From positions 1 to 64,000 of the IMG/VR virus record IMGVR_UViG_3300028832_000097: 64,000 nucleotides of DNA. One strand, given 5' to 3'. Made by a program: the position numbers and the translations under genes. Below, piece by piece: positions 1-10,944 of the stretch. This stretch comes from a virus. Taxonomy: Duplodnaviria; Caudoviricetes. Within the stretch, counting starts at the first letter, position 1, and every line of letters starts with the position of its first letter. The notes under the pieces are model-generated. The model was not told where the DNA came from, searched no databases, and saw nothing but the letters and a program-made list of their open reading frames with translations.

Positions 1-1702
1 TTCCATGTTGCAAGTTAGGTAATGTTCCTCCGGTAATTGTTAATGTTTCACCTGAAACTGTGAATGTTGAAAGTGATCCTGTACTCCAAGATGTAACAGC
101 ATCTACAGTACCGTCTACAGTTGTAAATATGTTAGTAGTTACATTTTCTTGTGTCTGTGAGAATGTACCAGTTCCATTTGATTTATTAAATGCTACGCTA
201 GTTACTGTATCTGTAAATTCAGGGCTAGCACCTACTGCAACACCGTTGATTTTTGTTACAGACAAGTCATTTGTTACCGGGTTGTATTTAAGATCTCCAT
301 CCTTGTATACACCTGCAGTCTCTTCTGTATCATTTGCAGAATGTGATAACAATACCCTAAGGTCTTGGCTAACATTTGTAGCAGGTGACTGTTTAACATT
401 CTCATCTGTAATAGAAGCTGTAGATGTATGCATCGCTGTAACGTGGCCATAATCATCAACAGTTACACCATCTACGAATGTATTTACTGTAGGTACAATA
501 CTTGTAGCACTGGAAGTATCTGCGTGCCCTACTGTAAGAGTTCCAGAACTTGTAATAGGTCCACCGCCTACTACTACACCGGTGTTACCTGTTGTAACTG
601 CGATACCAACACTTGTAACTGTACCAGACGGTTCATCACCTGACGGAATTGCTACCCAATTTACTGCGTTAGATATAATAGTATCTCCGACTTTTACATC
701 ATCGGTAAGCGTAGGTGTTTGTGTGGTTGTTCTTGCTTCAATTACTTTGTATGTCCAGCCTTCGTTAGCTGCAGCAGGTGTAGCAAGTTCTGCCCAGGTT
801 TTAGTACCGCCAGTACCTATGGTACCTTTGAACTGCATCGGCTCCGGCATTGCATCTACATAGTCGAAAACAGCTTTTGCTGTAGCTAAATCGTCATTAG
901 TAGATTCACGAGATATTTCAGTTGCAACACCTTTTGTAGCAGCTGCACCAGGAGTAAATACTGTACCATATTCTGAAATATGTCCTTGCGCATCAATCTT
1001 AACAGGATAGATACCTTGTGTTGTTTGCGCTACAATACTGTTGGAGTGATTAATTACTGTATTATCGCTACCACCTAATGAAATACCAGTACCTGCGGAA
1101 TAGGTTGTATCTGTAAATTCAGGAGAATCTCCAACAGTTACGCCATTGATTTTAGAAACATCAACATTAGAAACTGTCAAAGTATTTGAACTTGGATTGT
1201 ATTTGAAATCTGCATCTTTTCTTGCACCCTCAGTTGCTGTACCTGTACCAGCAGCACTTGATGATAAGAGTATTTCATAATTAGCATTTGTAGATGTTTC
1301 AGTTTGAGTTACTGCATTATTATCATTTACATATCCAACAACCACCCATCTGTTATCTGTTGTAGCTGTACCGCCTACTGAAATATCACCAGCAGCATAA
1401 TATGTCATTACGATTACACTACCAGCAGGATATTGAGTTCCAAGTCGGGTATTACCGCGGAAATATACAGGAATAGCTGCTGTAGTTGAACTATTATTTA
1501 ATGTAAGGGTCAATGTAACATTAGAATTAGATTCTCGAGGTAGATAGTATGCAATAGTTGTACCACTTGTAAGTGCATCAATAGGTAGCGCACCAGTCCA
1601 TGACGCTGTATCTGAATTTTGCGTACCAATAACACTAATTAACGTACCTTTTAAATCATACTCTGAATTATCAGGAAGTATCACGTGACTAATAAATGAC
1701 AT
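1..1702 (-). CDS. tail fibre / receptor-binding-type structural protein (runs off the left edge)
   Basis: Absent from the ORF track because it has no stop in the window. ATG at 1702 follows an AGGAGG RBS (MSFISHVILPDNSEYDLKG...). In-frame Thr/Gly/Ala-rich segments such as PMQFKGTIGTGGT are typical of fibre proteins. Confidence 0.6.
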   Translation of the reverse strand, partial: MSFISHVILPDNSEYDLKGTLISVIGTQNSDTASWTGALPIDALTSGTTIAYYLPRESNSNVTLTLTLNNSSTTAAIPVYFRGNTRLGTQYPAGSVIVMTYYAAGDISVGGTATTDNRWVVVGYVNDNNAVTQTETSTNANYEILLSSSAAGTGTATEGARKDADFKYNPSSNTLTVSNVDVSKINGVTVGDSPEFTDTTYSAGTGISLGGSDNTVINHSNSIVAQTTQGIYPVKIDAQGHISEYGTVFTPGAAATKGVATEISRESTNDDLATAKAVFDYVDAMPEPMQFKGTIGTGGTKTWAELATPAAANEGWTYKVIEARTTTQTPTLTDDVKVGDTIISNAVNWVAIPSGDEPSGTVTSVGIAVTTGNTGVVVGGGPITSSGTLTVGHADTSSATSIVPTVNTFVDGVTVDDYGHVTAMHTSTASITDENVKQSPATNVSQDLRVLLSHSANDTEETAGVYKDGDLKYNPVTNDLSVTKINGVAVGASPEFTDTVTSVAFNKSNGTGTFSQTQENVTTNIFTTVDGTVDAVTSWSTGSLSTFTVSGETLTITGGTLPNLQHG

Positions 1703-1716
1703 ATTCTACAATCCTC

Positions 1717-2088
1717 CTAGTTTGATGTAAATACTATTGTTTCATTTTGTGTTGTAGATGCATAACATCTAACTTTGTTGTTCCAAAATATTCTATCTGC
1801 ATCACTTACGTGAATAGCAGTATTATCAATATGATTTTGATATACAATATCTATAAAAGGTAAACTCACTACATGCGCGGTACCATCACCTATTTTGATT
1901 CCAGGAACGGCTACACCATCTACAATTTGATGATCACTATATACATATATTTTACCTGCTTCAGATACAACTTGTGGCATAGATGCCCATTCTGCGCTTG
2001 TATGGGTTTCAGCTTTACCTTGTAAAGCTTTTATCTTCTCCCACAAGTGTGCTAATCCGTGTTGATCTAAATAATGTTTTTCACTCAT
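1717..2088 (-). CDS. tail-fibre-associated protein
   Basis: YLDxxGLxHLW and KIGDG..V..LPF motifs of the kind seen at the N-termini of phage fibre/Mtd-like proteins; lies next to the fibre gene. Confidence 0.5.
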   Translation of the reverse strand: MSEKHYLDQHGLAHLWEKIKALQGKAETHTSAEWASMPQVVSEAGKIYVYSDHQIVDGVAVPGIKIGDGTAHVVSLPFIDIVYQNHIDNTAIHVSDADRIFWNNKVRCYASTTQNETIVFTSN

Positions 2089-2507
2089 ACGCAAATCTCA
2101 TCTATTTCTTCATCAGTTATAGAAAGTATATCACCACTGAATGTATATGTTAACCACTGGTGTGTTGCTGCATCCCAAATCACAAATCCAGGTTGCCCAT
2201 CTTCTAGCTCTTGTACCCTGACAAGCTTGCCGTCATGTAAATCTCGATCTTCTAATGCTACTAAATCTTCTAGTGTATCTACTGTGATAAACGCGCGATC
2301 ATAGCGTTCTTTTTCGACTTTATTGATAAATGCACTTACTTCCGGTTCAGGACCTGGAGGACAAACAGGATATGGAGGTGTAGGTCCACAAGGATATGGT
2401 GGCGTTTTAGGTGTAGGACACGGCGGAGGTGGTGTAAGAGGTTCCAATGTAGTATTTAAATCTACATTCCAAGGATTTCCGGTAAATAATTCAAGATTGT
2501 TGTCCAT
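2085..2507 (-). CDS. Pro-rich putative structural protein, paralog of the middle of 2799-3836
   Basis: EKERYDRAFITVD...DLHDGKLVRV aligns with EKLRYDNAFITLE...DLHDGKLVRI. Confidence 0.6.
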   Translation of the reverse strand: MDNNLELFTGNPWNVDLNTTLEPLTPPPPCPTPKTPPYPCGPTPPYPVCPPGPEPEVSAFINKVEKERYDRAFITVDTLEDLVALEDRDLHDGKLVRVQELEDGQPGFVIWDAATHQWLTYTFSGDILSITDEEIDEICV

Positions 2508-2736
2508 GATTACACTCCACCATCACAATATCTTGTAAATCATTTAGATCTAACGATTTAAATGTACCAGGCTTATCACACCGCATTAGATACCAACCAC
2601 AAGTCGATACAGAAGGATTCGCAGAATACCAACCATATCCAACCATCCAGGTTATGTCAGAAAATTTGCTTAATCTTACAAGATCTCCTGCAGATAATGA
2701 CATATTATACTGAGGTATATCTAATGTTGCTGCCAT
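2491..2736 (-). CDS. hypothetical protein, paralog of the N-terminus of 2799-3836
   Basis: Start moved to MAATLD (AGGAGG RBS). WMVGYGWY...CGWYL matches WMVAYGWY...CGWYL. Confidence 0.65.
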   Translation of the reverse strand: MAATLDIPQYNMSLSAGDLVRLSKFSDITWMVGYGWYSANPSVSTCGWYLMRCDKPGTFKSLDLNDLQDIVMVECNHGQQS

Positions 2737-2798
2737 ACATAACCTCCTATACTGATAAATGTATAGAAGGTTAATATTGTAATTATATGATATGAATA

Positions 2799-3836
2799 TC
2801 AATCGATAGCGGAGAATCTATATACTGCAACCCATCCGCTGTAGATGTCATAATCTTGACCATGAATGAACTGTTCAAGTCCGCATTGTGTAGTTACAAG
2901 TTCATATGTTACACGTGTATGCTGAAAATACATAAAAGTGTAAGGGTTATTATCAATGTATTCTGTATACATATCAGTTAGAGGAAAATCTGTGATGTAT
3001 GTGTTAGTATGGTCTTCCACTTCTACTACCTTTGTTTCCCGCAATATAACTGTTTTATGGTCTTCAATAATTAGATCATATATTTCACCAAAGGATAGTT
3101 CGGATATGAAGCCATCCGGATATTCTTGATTTGGATCAGTCTTAGTAAGTGTAATAGGTACGTATACAACGTCGCTATCCCCACCGCTTCCAGCAGGAGC
3201 ATAAATGTCAGTATCAGTATCATTAACAGTAATTGTTGCTATTTTTGTTCCTTCTGAAAGTTCGGCTGTTACTGATACACTATCCGGTGTGGGAGCGTAA
3301 ATATCGTGATTTGTGTTATCTGTTGTGATAGTTGCTATTTTAGTTCCAGTAGCTAGTGAAGGTGTTACGATGATATCTGCAGGAAATTCTACTGGTACCC
3401 AGTGCAAACCTGTTGCTGACCAAACATAATATGCAACATTATCATATTCATCATGATTGATCCTAACAAGTTTACCATCATGTAAATCATCGTCTTGTAA
3501 AGATTCTAAATCTTCGTAAGACTCTAATGTTATGAATGCATTATCATATCGTAATTTTTCTTCTTCTGTAATAGGTGTACCAGGTCCTGGCGGAGGTGGA
3601 GGTAAAACAGGTTCTTCGATGATGTAAATATCGTCTAAGTCAGTAGCTTGTAGAGGTTTGAGGGTGCTTGGTGCATCAGTCTGCATGAGATACCAACCGC
3701 AAACAGGTCGATTACCACCCCACGTGTACCATCCGTATGCAACCATCCATTGTATTGATTCAAATCTACCTAATCTAACAACACTACCTGCGATTATAGA
3801 TAGATGTTGTTCAGGACACTCTAGAATTGCTGCCAT
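2799..3836 (-). CDS. putative tail/baseplate structural protein
   Basis: 345 aa with two GTKIATIT...DIYAP repeats; preceded by the AACCTT motif. Confidence 0.55.
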   Translation of the reverse strand: MAAILECPEQHLSIIAGSVVRLGRFESIQWMVAYGWYTWGGNRPVCGWYLMQTDAPSTLKPLQATDLDDIYIIEEPVLPPPPPGPGTPITEEEKLRYDNAFITLESYEDLESLQDDDLHDGKLVRINHDEYDNVAYYVWSATGLHWVPVEFPADIIVTPSLATGTKIATITTDNTNHDIYAPTPDSVSVTAELSEGTKIATITVNDTDTDIYAPAGSGGDSDVVYVPITLTKTDPNQEYPDGFISELSFGEIYDLIIEDHKTVILRETKVVEVEDHTNTYITDFPLTDMYTEYIDNNPYTFMYFQHTRVTYELVTTQCGLEQFIHGQDYDIYSGWVAVYRFSAID

Positions 3837-3922
3837 AATATGAACCCCTTATCTTTTAGTTTTATACACAGATAAAAGGTTCAAATTAGTGATTTTAGGT
3901 GTTTAAACCTGAGAAATGAAGT

Positions 3923-5812
3923 TTAAAAGAATCTTGAACGGAAATCTGATTCAGATATTTTTTCAACTCCTAACTTATCTGCTTTGATATTCTTAGAAGA
4001 CCCAGAATTAACATTGTCTGTAATCAAGTATTTGGTACTTTTATTCAGTTCGCCTAACTTGTATCCGTGCGATGCTAGTTCCTTTTCAAACTGTGCACGG
4101 TTCACACTGAGCTTACCAGTTATGGCAACATTGAATTTTATATTAGGTATTACAAAATTACTCCAATCAATTCTGTGCTCAATGAATGCAAGTCGTCTGT
4201 ATTTATCTAGATTTTCTTTGATGGAATTTGCAGTTGCAGGTCCTGCAACTATTGATATTACAGATTCATGCGCTTCATTAAATTCATTTGATACTAGTGT
4301 ATGCATAGTTTCTGGACATTCAATTGCAAGTTTCTTGGCAGTTATTTCACCAAGCCTCGGAATATTCAATGCAAGTAATGCATCAGAAAGTTTGATTGAA
4401 TCATCTGAATATAGAGATGAAAGCATAGTGTGTATGAGTTTATCATGTCCAGAAGTGTCCAAATTATTAAAATTTATATGAGGCTCTGCCATAATATGCT
4501 CAATTGTAATATCATCATTGAATAACTCATTAAGATATTTGAGTCTGAGCTTATCACCTAGGTTATCTATAGGACATATATGATCCAACCAAATCAGCGT
4601 ATCCTGTTCAACTGCGTTTATACAGCTATGGTTATCACATTTCAGATGAACACCATACCATGCGAGTTTCAGACCGCAGGCAGGGCATTTTTCAACTAAA
4701 GATGCTTCGGTAGACGATACGACTTTATCAATATTAGGAATTATTTCTCCATGTTTAGATATTTCAACCCAACTTCCTGGACCTATATTATTATCACGAA
4801 TATATGCAGCATTGAACCCAGAAGCATTCTGCACAACTGTACCAGCAAGTTCAACTGGTTTGATATTTACTACAGGAACTGCGTATCCTGATTTTGACAT
4901 CTCCCAATTAACTGCGATTACTTCGCTCTTCTTAACCTCTGATGGAAATTTAAATGCCATCGCAGTGTAGCGTAATTCATCGTTATTAGGATTCTTCACA
5001 ACGTCGTTCAGAGATATGACCAAACCGTCTGCAGGATATTTACCATACCAAGCATCCTGATAACTATCCATGTAATCGATAAAATGTGTATCGCTAGGAA
5101 AGTATGCACAATCGCTATAAGGGACTACATGATCATCTCCAAACCAATTACGCAGGTCTAATCGTACATGACTCAATGATGTATCAAATGTACCTTCATC
5201 ACCTATGATGGTATACACAATAATAGAAAGTAATTTAAAATCATCAGTTATTTCATTAGAGCTTATTAGACCTGCCGTAGAATTTCTAGGATTCTTGGCT
5301 TCGGGATGCAGCTTGTTGAATCTGTCGAAATTATCATATGACATCAAGATCTCACCACGTACTGCCCCTGTGAAATCAACTGTATGATTGTCATACACTA
5401 TATGGTTGTACGTGGAGTCTATTGTCCGGACTTTAGTAGTTATATCAATACCAATTTTACCATCCCCTCGAGTCAGTGCCCTAATAAGCCAACCATGCTC
5501 ATAATATAGAACAACACTTATTCCGTCGAGCTTAAGTGAAACATCGCAAGTTGTACATTTGAATTCCGGTTCTAGCTCATCCCATGTACGACATTTAAGT
5601 AATGAACCTACCGTTCCGTATTTGTGCGCAACTTTAGTTCCTGCTACTTTACTGATATCGTATCCATGACCTACGCTAAACAGCGGATTATCAGGGTCTT
5701 GTTTGCGAAGTATTTCTAATAGTGCATCAAATTCAGGATCTGTTAATTCACTTGTACCATTACTGTAGTAATCCTGCGATGCTTTCTTGATGATATTTTC
5801 AAGTTTGCTCAT
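3923..5812 (-). CDS. ligA: NAD-dependent DNA ligase
   Basis: Ia domain (YY...TDPEFD), KLDG adenylation motif, TRGDG, VRGEI, NPRN, DGLVI, AFKF, C4 zinc finger, HhH and a C-terminal BRCT domain. Confidence 0.95.
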   Translation of the reverse strand: MSKLENIIKKASQDYYSNGTSELTDPEFDALLEILRKQDPDNPLFSVGHGYDISKVAGTKVAHKYGTVGSLLKCRTWDELEPEFKCTTCDVSLKLDGISVVLYYEHGWLIRALTRGDGKIGIDITTKVRTIDSTYNHIVYDNHTVDFTGAVRGEILMSYDNFDRFNKLHPEAKNPRNSTAGLISSNEITDDFKLLSIIVYTIIGDEGTFDTSLSHVRLDLRNWFGDDHVVPYSDCAYFPSDTHFIDYMDSYQDAWYGKYPADGLVISLNDVVKNPNNDELRYTAMAFKFPSEVKKSEVIAVNWEMSKSGYAVPVVNIKPVELAGTVVQNASGFNAAYIRDNNIGPGSWVEISKHGEIIPNIDKVVSSTEASLVEKCPACGLKLAWYGVHLKCDNHSCINAVEQDTLIWLDHICPIDNLGDKLRLKYLNELFNDDITIEHIMAEPHINFNNLDTSGHDKLIHTMLSSLYSDDSIKLSDALLALNIPRLGEITAKKLAIECPETMHTLVSNEFNEAHESVISIVAGPATANSIKENLDKYRRLAFIEHRIDWSNFVIPNIKFNVAITGKLSVNRAQFEKELASHGYKLGELNKSTKYLITDNVNSGSSKNIKADKLGVEKISESDFRSRFF

Positions 5813-6106
5813 CTATTGCCTCCTGAGAGGTATCTGCAGTGAGATCCGATTCACTACTTGTATCTTCGGAATGTGTTAATTGTAAAAATTCTTCATATGT
5901 TATTGCGCCGCATTGCCAATCGCTTAGTGCACTCATAGTATATCCTCTCTACTGATAGTTATTATTTCTTCCAATAAGATAATGTAGATTTGATGGCGTA
6001 AACGACTACGAGACCGATACAGAAAAATGCAAAAATGGTTTCAGGATTCATAAATATAACCTCCATGTAATATGTTCAATATAACGATTTTAAGTTGATG
6101 ACTGTA

Positions 6107-7453
6107 TCACGCAATTTCACCGTGCTTTTCCATGTAGTTGCTGATGCGCTCCTTGATCTCTTCTTCAGTATCGTCACCACGATACATGTGATCAATCATC
6201 CATTCCAGATCAGACATCTTGTTTCCAGGAAACTTAGATGCTACTGCAAATGCTCTGATCCTGTCAGCAGCTTTGTCCATCTCAGGATAGGAAACTCTGC
6301 ATCTTGTAAGCTCGGTCTGCTTAACATCTCTGAATTCTGTGTGTGCTTTGATTGTCCCTGAAATAAAAATGTCAGCAGCTTCTTTGTAGACAATATTAGA
6401 TGTCCACCATGTAAATATCCTACCCTCGTCGTCGATGAACTTATAAAGATGAGAAGTACCAAACTGGCTATCAGCGGTGGTTACGAGTGTACAATTGTTG
6501 AAATGCAGCTTAACTTTCTGACCTACTTCGCCGTAGTAGTCGGACTTAGCAACTTCAACTTTATGAGCCTCTTCGCGGATCTTAGCAACACGAGCCTTCT
6601 CCACATCTCTACGATATGAAGGAACCATTGAAACTACATATCCGTAATCTCTTTCAGAAACTGCACCTGCAATTGCGAATGACTTAAGATTCTGAAGGTA
6701 ATCGTTGTACTCGTCGATTGTGATGTTCTTGTAATATTCGATGATTGCTGTAGCTTCCTGATCAGCACCTTCCATAAGTTCTGAGAAATTAGCAGGTCTA
6801 TCCTTTGCAGTGTTATTAAGGTAGTTGCGAACACGGATCTTCGTCTGGTTATCTCCCTGGAAGGGGTCAGACTTAACAAAACCAAATTCGTCAACTGCTA
6901 CGATAGCTGCAGCAATTACTTCGTGAAGGTCTGTGTAACGTGTAAGCGTAGATGTTGTATAGGGTGCTTCACCTTCAATAAGCTCATCGAAGAGTGCAAT
7001 GTAGCTTGCTGCCATATCTGCAGATAAACCACCGGTGAAATCGCAGAGGCAAGAAGATCCAACCTGTTTGAATTCATCAGTATCTACATTGTGAACAAGA
7101 TAGGTGTCCTTGCGGGATCTCTTGATGTTGCAGTGTTCGCAGATGCATTCTGTATGAAGATATCTTTCAGGAACTTCAAGTGTTGTGGTGTTACGAATGA
7201 TGTTAATACCTTCGGAAAGATGTTCAATAGTTCCGACGAATTCCCAACCATTGATACGTGCAGTACCTTCAGCTTCAACAAGGATAAACTTCTTGAGAAA
7301 CTTGATTTTGTTCTCGTCTACACTCTCGACGTATTCTTCGCCAACGCGTGCATAATAAAAATCGCATCCGTAACGATTACACTTGTTGCGGATACGAGCG
7401 ATTTTCTGTTCGAGACGATCGATGTTACCTTCGTAAATCTTGTACTGTGTCAT
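6107..7453 (-). CDS. hypothetical protein with a CxHC zinc motif and a C-terminal OB-fold-like domain
   Basis: Start moved to MTQYK (GGAGG RBS). CEHC..R.R...GSSC motif; GEVGQK...FG....Y.F.D..G....W..S...GTIKAH resembles an OB fold. Confidence 0.55.
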   Translation of the reverse strand: MTQYKIYEGNIDRLEQKIARIRNKCNRYGCDFYYARVGEEYVESVDENKIKFLKKFILVEAEGTARINGWEFVGTIEHLSEGINIIRNTTTLEVPERYLHTECICEHCNIKRSRKDTYLVHNVDTDEFKQVGSSCLCDFTGGLSADMAASYIALFDELIEGEAPYTTSTLTRYTDLHEVIAAAIVAVDEFGFVKSDPFQGDNQTKIRVRNYLNNTAKDRPANFSELMEGADQEATAIIEYYKNITIDEYNDYLQNLKSFAIAGAVSERDYGYVVSMVPSYRRDVEKARVAKIREEAHKVEVAKSDYYGEVGQKVKLHFNNCTLVTTADSQFGTSHLYKFIDDEGRIFTWWTSNIVYKEAADIFISGTIKAHTEFRDVKQTELTRCRVSYPEMDKAADRIRAFAVASKFPGNKMSDLEWMIDHMYRGDDTEEEIKERISNYMEKHGEIA

Positions 7454-7628
7454 GATGTATACCTCCGTGTGCCTCTCTTGGGCCATTGATTTGGGCAGGC
7501 ATATGTGTACCTACAATTATATTATAGACGGATGAGGTAAGAATTAAAAGATAAAATTTTGGAAAATAATAAAATATTTACTGTGTTACATTTAACAAAG
7601 TAAACTCCGTCATACAGCCATTAACGAT

Positions 7629-7988
7629 TCAAGTCATTGAGTTAAACGCATCCCTTATCTGAGAAGTTGTGTAACTCTCAATAGGTTCAACGATCTGTAT
7701 ACAGTCTTTTAATGTTGAATATTCTTTATCTAATGTTTTATCAAACGGATACTCATAATCAAGTGCAAAAGATAATGCGTTATCATATACATTAGCGTAG
7801 TCGTATTGAAGCGGGATCATATTATAGTAAACATCTCCGCGTATCTTATTTATCTTGATCAGTGCTCTTTTCAGTACTTTGCCAGAATAATAGTTCAAAA
7901 TATTTGCAAGTACCCACGTGTCCTGCCCTGCAAAAGATTTAAGTAATTCTAGATTTGACTTCTTTGATGCAACTATGTATCGTTTCAT
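7629..7988 (-). CDS. leader-family protein (MKRYIVAS)
   Basis: Shared N-terminal leader; GGAGG RBS. Confidence 0.7.
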   Translation of the reverse strand: MKRYIVASKKSNLELLKSFAGQDTWVLANILNYYSGKVLKRALIKINKIRGDVYYNMIPLQYDYANVYDNALSFALDYEYPFDKTLDKEYSTLKDCIQIVEPIESYTTSQIRDAFNSMT

Positions 7989-8048
7989 ATGTTGTATTGT
8001 ATCCTCCGTTTATAACCAGAATCTGCATTATCTATTTATGGAATTAGC

Positions 8049-9020
8049 TTATTTCACAGGTTTTACAAGTGTCCTTATATGGAGACGCTGTACAGGCCCT
8101 GAGGCATATATCGACTCAACACGAGCCTTACCATCTTCCCCAATTACTACACCGTTGAGTACAGGACCAAGATTACCGCGTGTCAATTCAAGACCCTTCC
8201 AATCTCTTACAGGGCCTGTAATCTTAGTGACTCTCTTTAGTAAATCAAGGATCAAGCGCCTACCTGCTTGGTAATTTTCTTCATGGATTTTTGCATCATC
8301 CATATCCCACAAAGACATAGCATAACTTAGCGATCCATATTTATATTCAAACGGATTTATAACATACTCCTGTTTAAATTTACGATATCTATTATAATAT
8401 ACAACATCCGGATACATCTCTTCTAGCTTTTTGTCAGAAGCAAGTGCACTCCGGCTCTCGCCGTAAAGTATTTCATCTGCTTTGTGCTGAAGCTCTTGAT
8501 AGTAAGGTTCAGATTTATCACGAAGGTTGATATCATACTTGTCCCACTTATCAATCATTTCATTCATGAAATCTTTCAAACAGTCCGGAATCTCATCTAT
8601 CTCTTGCTCCTTAGCAGCTTCGGCAGCCAATTTCGCTTCGTACTTATCTAAAATGCCTTGTGCTTCTTTAATTGCTTCATTAGAATTAAATATAGATTCA
8701 GCTTCGTCATCAAGGCTGTACAGTGTCTTTCCTTCTGCATCTTCGTAAGTGTACCCGTATTTACGTGCAAGTCCCCACATATCAACTTTTAATTCTTGGG
8801 GAACTTTATATGATCTTGTAGTTTTTAATGCTTCAACATATCGAGAGATTGCAGACAAATCCGCATCAGAAATCTTGCCGGATAGAAGATTCAACTTCTT
8901 AGATATTGCATCTTCTTTCTTCTGAATCCATGCACGTTTCTTGTCAATCTCAGCTTGCTTCTTTGCAATCTTTGCTTGTATATCAGATATGTTCACTGCT
9001 GATTTAATGTATATTTTCAT
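8049..9020 (-). CDS. leader-family coiled-coil protein (MKIYIKSA)
   Basis: 323-aa ORF with the leader followed by a long helical region. Confidence 0.7.
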   Translation of the reverse strand: MKIYIKSAVNISDIQAKIAKKQAEIDKKRAWIQKKEDAISKKLNLLSGKISDADLSAISRYVEALKTTRSYKVPQELKVDMWGLARKYGYTYEDAEGKTLYSLDDEAESIFNSNEAIKEAQGILDKYEAKLAAEAAKEQEIDEIPDCLKDFMNEMIDKWDKYDINLRDKSEPYYQELQHKADEILYGESRSALASDKKLEEMYPDVVYYNRYRKFKQEYVINPFEYKYGSLSYAMSLWDMDDAKIHEENYQAGRRLILDLLKRVTKITGPVRDWKGLELTRGNLGPVLNGVVIGEDGKARVESIYASGPVQRLHIRTLVKPVK

Positions 9021-9077
9021 AATGCAACCTCTTATTAAAATGATAACTTTGTACCTTACTATATGATGAAATTAGTA

Positions 9078-9392
9078 TCAAATCCATGCAGCTGCTTCGT
9101 CACGGTATATATCGTCTAGGGCAGATAATATGTCATCAAACAACTCATCAGCCTCATCAACTGTGCAATCTTCCCAATCCTCTGCAGCTGCACTTTTGTA
9201 ATCACGAAGTATTTCCGATTGTCTAGAACCTATAGGGTTATCATAATCCTCTGTTTTAGAATACAGAGAAAGCAAGGTATTTCTGCAATCTTGAACCAAT
9301 TTGACCTTTTCTGGTTCAATAGAACTAAGAAATATCCATGATGCATTATACTGTTCAGGATCTTGCTTTGTTGATTTGATGTATCGCTTCAT
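9078..9392 (-). CDS. leader-family acidic protein (MKRYIKST)
   Basis: Leader; AGGAG RBS. Confidence 0.7.
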   Translation of the reverse strand: MKRYIKSTKQDPEQYNASWIFLSSIEPEKVKLVQDCRNTLLSLYSKTEDYDNPIGSRQSEILRDYKSAAAEDWEDCTVDEADELFDDILSALDDIYRDEAAAWI

Positions 9393-9434
9393 ATTGTAAC
9401 TCCTTTGAATTTATGATACACTTGCTATAACGAT

Positions 9435-10220
9435 TTACTGGAGTTTATATACATCTGCTGGATAATCACCATATGCAATTGCATTGAACCAATCATCAGT
9501 GCTATATGAACGAGTTCTGCCTGTTTGCTCATTCTTAATAATGATGAAATCACCATCACAAGCAAAATTATGTGCAGCACTTAAAGCTTCAGAAAAATCA
9601 TCTCCGGTGTAAGAATCTACAAGACCTTGGAAATTAGAATCGTAGTAGCCTTCTACAGAGTATTTATAATCCAATTCAGCAAGCTGATCGAAACCGCTAC
9701 CGGATGTAGAACAGTCAATAGGTAAATATTCATTAGTGTTTCTATCATATATGTGAGTACAGTTGTGATTACAACCCCAATCAAATGCTTCATCATATGA
9801 ATCAAACCCTGTATCGTAGTAGAAATCCTCAGTGCCGTCGTCTTCAATCCGACCTGCACTATATCTATGATCATAATTTGAATTGACTATGTCACAAGAA
9901 CTTGTTACTCGATTGCAATACTGCTCCGCATACTTTACAGCATCACTTAATCTGTAGAATTTTTTATTGGAACCTACAGACATAATAGGGCCTACATTTC
10001 CGTTCTTCATGCGGAATGCAATACTCAATTCATAATAGCGTTTATCGTCATCATCATATTGCATATCAAGCCAGATATAACCTTCATCATTAGGTAAGGT
10101 CTTGCTAAGTGTTGTCCAGTTACCATCGTCATCATTACCTTCAGGAATGATTGACCAACCTGCGGGCACTTTAGGATAGTTACTAGATGCTGTTATTGGG
10201 TGCTTTGTAAACTTCTTCAT
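9435..10220 (-). CDS. leader-family multi-domain protein (MKKFTKHPITAS)
   Basis: Leader plus internal VTS-S, VNS-N and IDC-S motifs between apparent domains. Confidence 0.7.
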   Translation of the reverse strand: MKKFTKHPITASSNYPKVPAGWSIIPEGNDDDGNWTTLSKTLPNDEGYIWLDMQYDDDDKRYYELSIAFRMKNGNVGPIMSVGSNKKFYRLSDAVKYAEQYCNRVTSSCDIVNSNYDHRYSAGRIEDDGTEDFYYDTGFDSYDEAFDWGCNHNCTHIYDRNTNEYLPIDCSTSGSGFDQLAELDYKYSVEGYYDSNFQGLVDSYTGDDFSEALSAAHNFACDGDFIIIKNEQTGRTRSYSTDDWFNAIAYGDYPADVYKLQ

Positions 10221-10230
10221 ACTTGTTACC

Positions 10231-10602
10231 TCAGTCTTCTAAAGAATAGAAATCAGGATTGCCAATTACTTCAAATCCTGCAAGTCTCATTTTATCTCGT
10301 ATCTGCTGTTCTATCACACTGGAGTTATATTCATTAACCCAAGTGAAATCTACACCAGCCTGGTAGATATCAAATTCTCGATATTCAGGTGAATCTGAAT
10401 AATCTACTTCGTCTAGGCTGAATCCTAAGACTTCACATCCATTGTCCTCGAAAACAGAAGTAAATATTTTTTCAATTGTATCCCATGCACTTCCTTGATA
10501 AAAGTAAGTTACAAAGAAATCAAGCCTAAAACCGGATGTGTGCTTGGTCTCAGTAGCTGATTTTACATAGCTACTAGGGTTTTTAGTAAATGTTCTTTTC
10601 AT
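10231..10602 (-). CDS. leader-family protein (MKRTFTKNPSSYVKSA)
   Basis: Long-form leader; GGAG RBS. Confidence 0.7.
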   Translation of the reverse strand: MKRTFTKNPSSYVKSATETKHTSGFRLDFFVTYFYQGSAWDTIEKIFTSVFEDNGCEVLGFSLDEVDYSDSPEYREFDIYQAGVDFTWVNEYNSSVIEQQIRDKMRLAGFEVIGNPDFYSLED

Positions 10603-10612
10603 AATACTCTCC

Positions 10613-10942
10613 TTAATCTACATGTGCAATTTCAGACAACCAGTCGTTGATAGAATATTCAGGACTCTTGCCTTTATGCACTTTTGCAGTAGTACCGTAG
10701 TTCATGTAATCATCTGTGTAAGTGTTCCTGACAGTATCATCCTTGAAAAAGATGAAATAGTAATACTCATCATAATCATCAGTATCATAGTTGTAACTAT
10801 CAGGATCATATACTAGGTATATTGATGTAACATTTTTACGAATGTTTGAATCATGAATCAAAGGCCGAAGTTCTCGAGTACATGATTTTACTAGCTTGTA
10901 TCCGTTGAATCGGTCTTCAGCTGATTTGATGTATCTTTTCAT
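10613..10942 (-). CDS. leader-family protein (MKRYIKSA)
   Basis: Start moved to the leader Met. Confidence 0.7.
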   Translation of the reverse strand: MKRYIKSAEDRFNGYKLVKSCTRELRPLIHDSNIRKNVTSIYLVYDPDSYNYDTDDYDEYYYFIFFKDDTVRNTYTDDYMNYGTTAKVHKGKSPEYSINDWLSEIAHVD

Positions 10943-10944
10943 AA

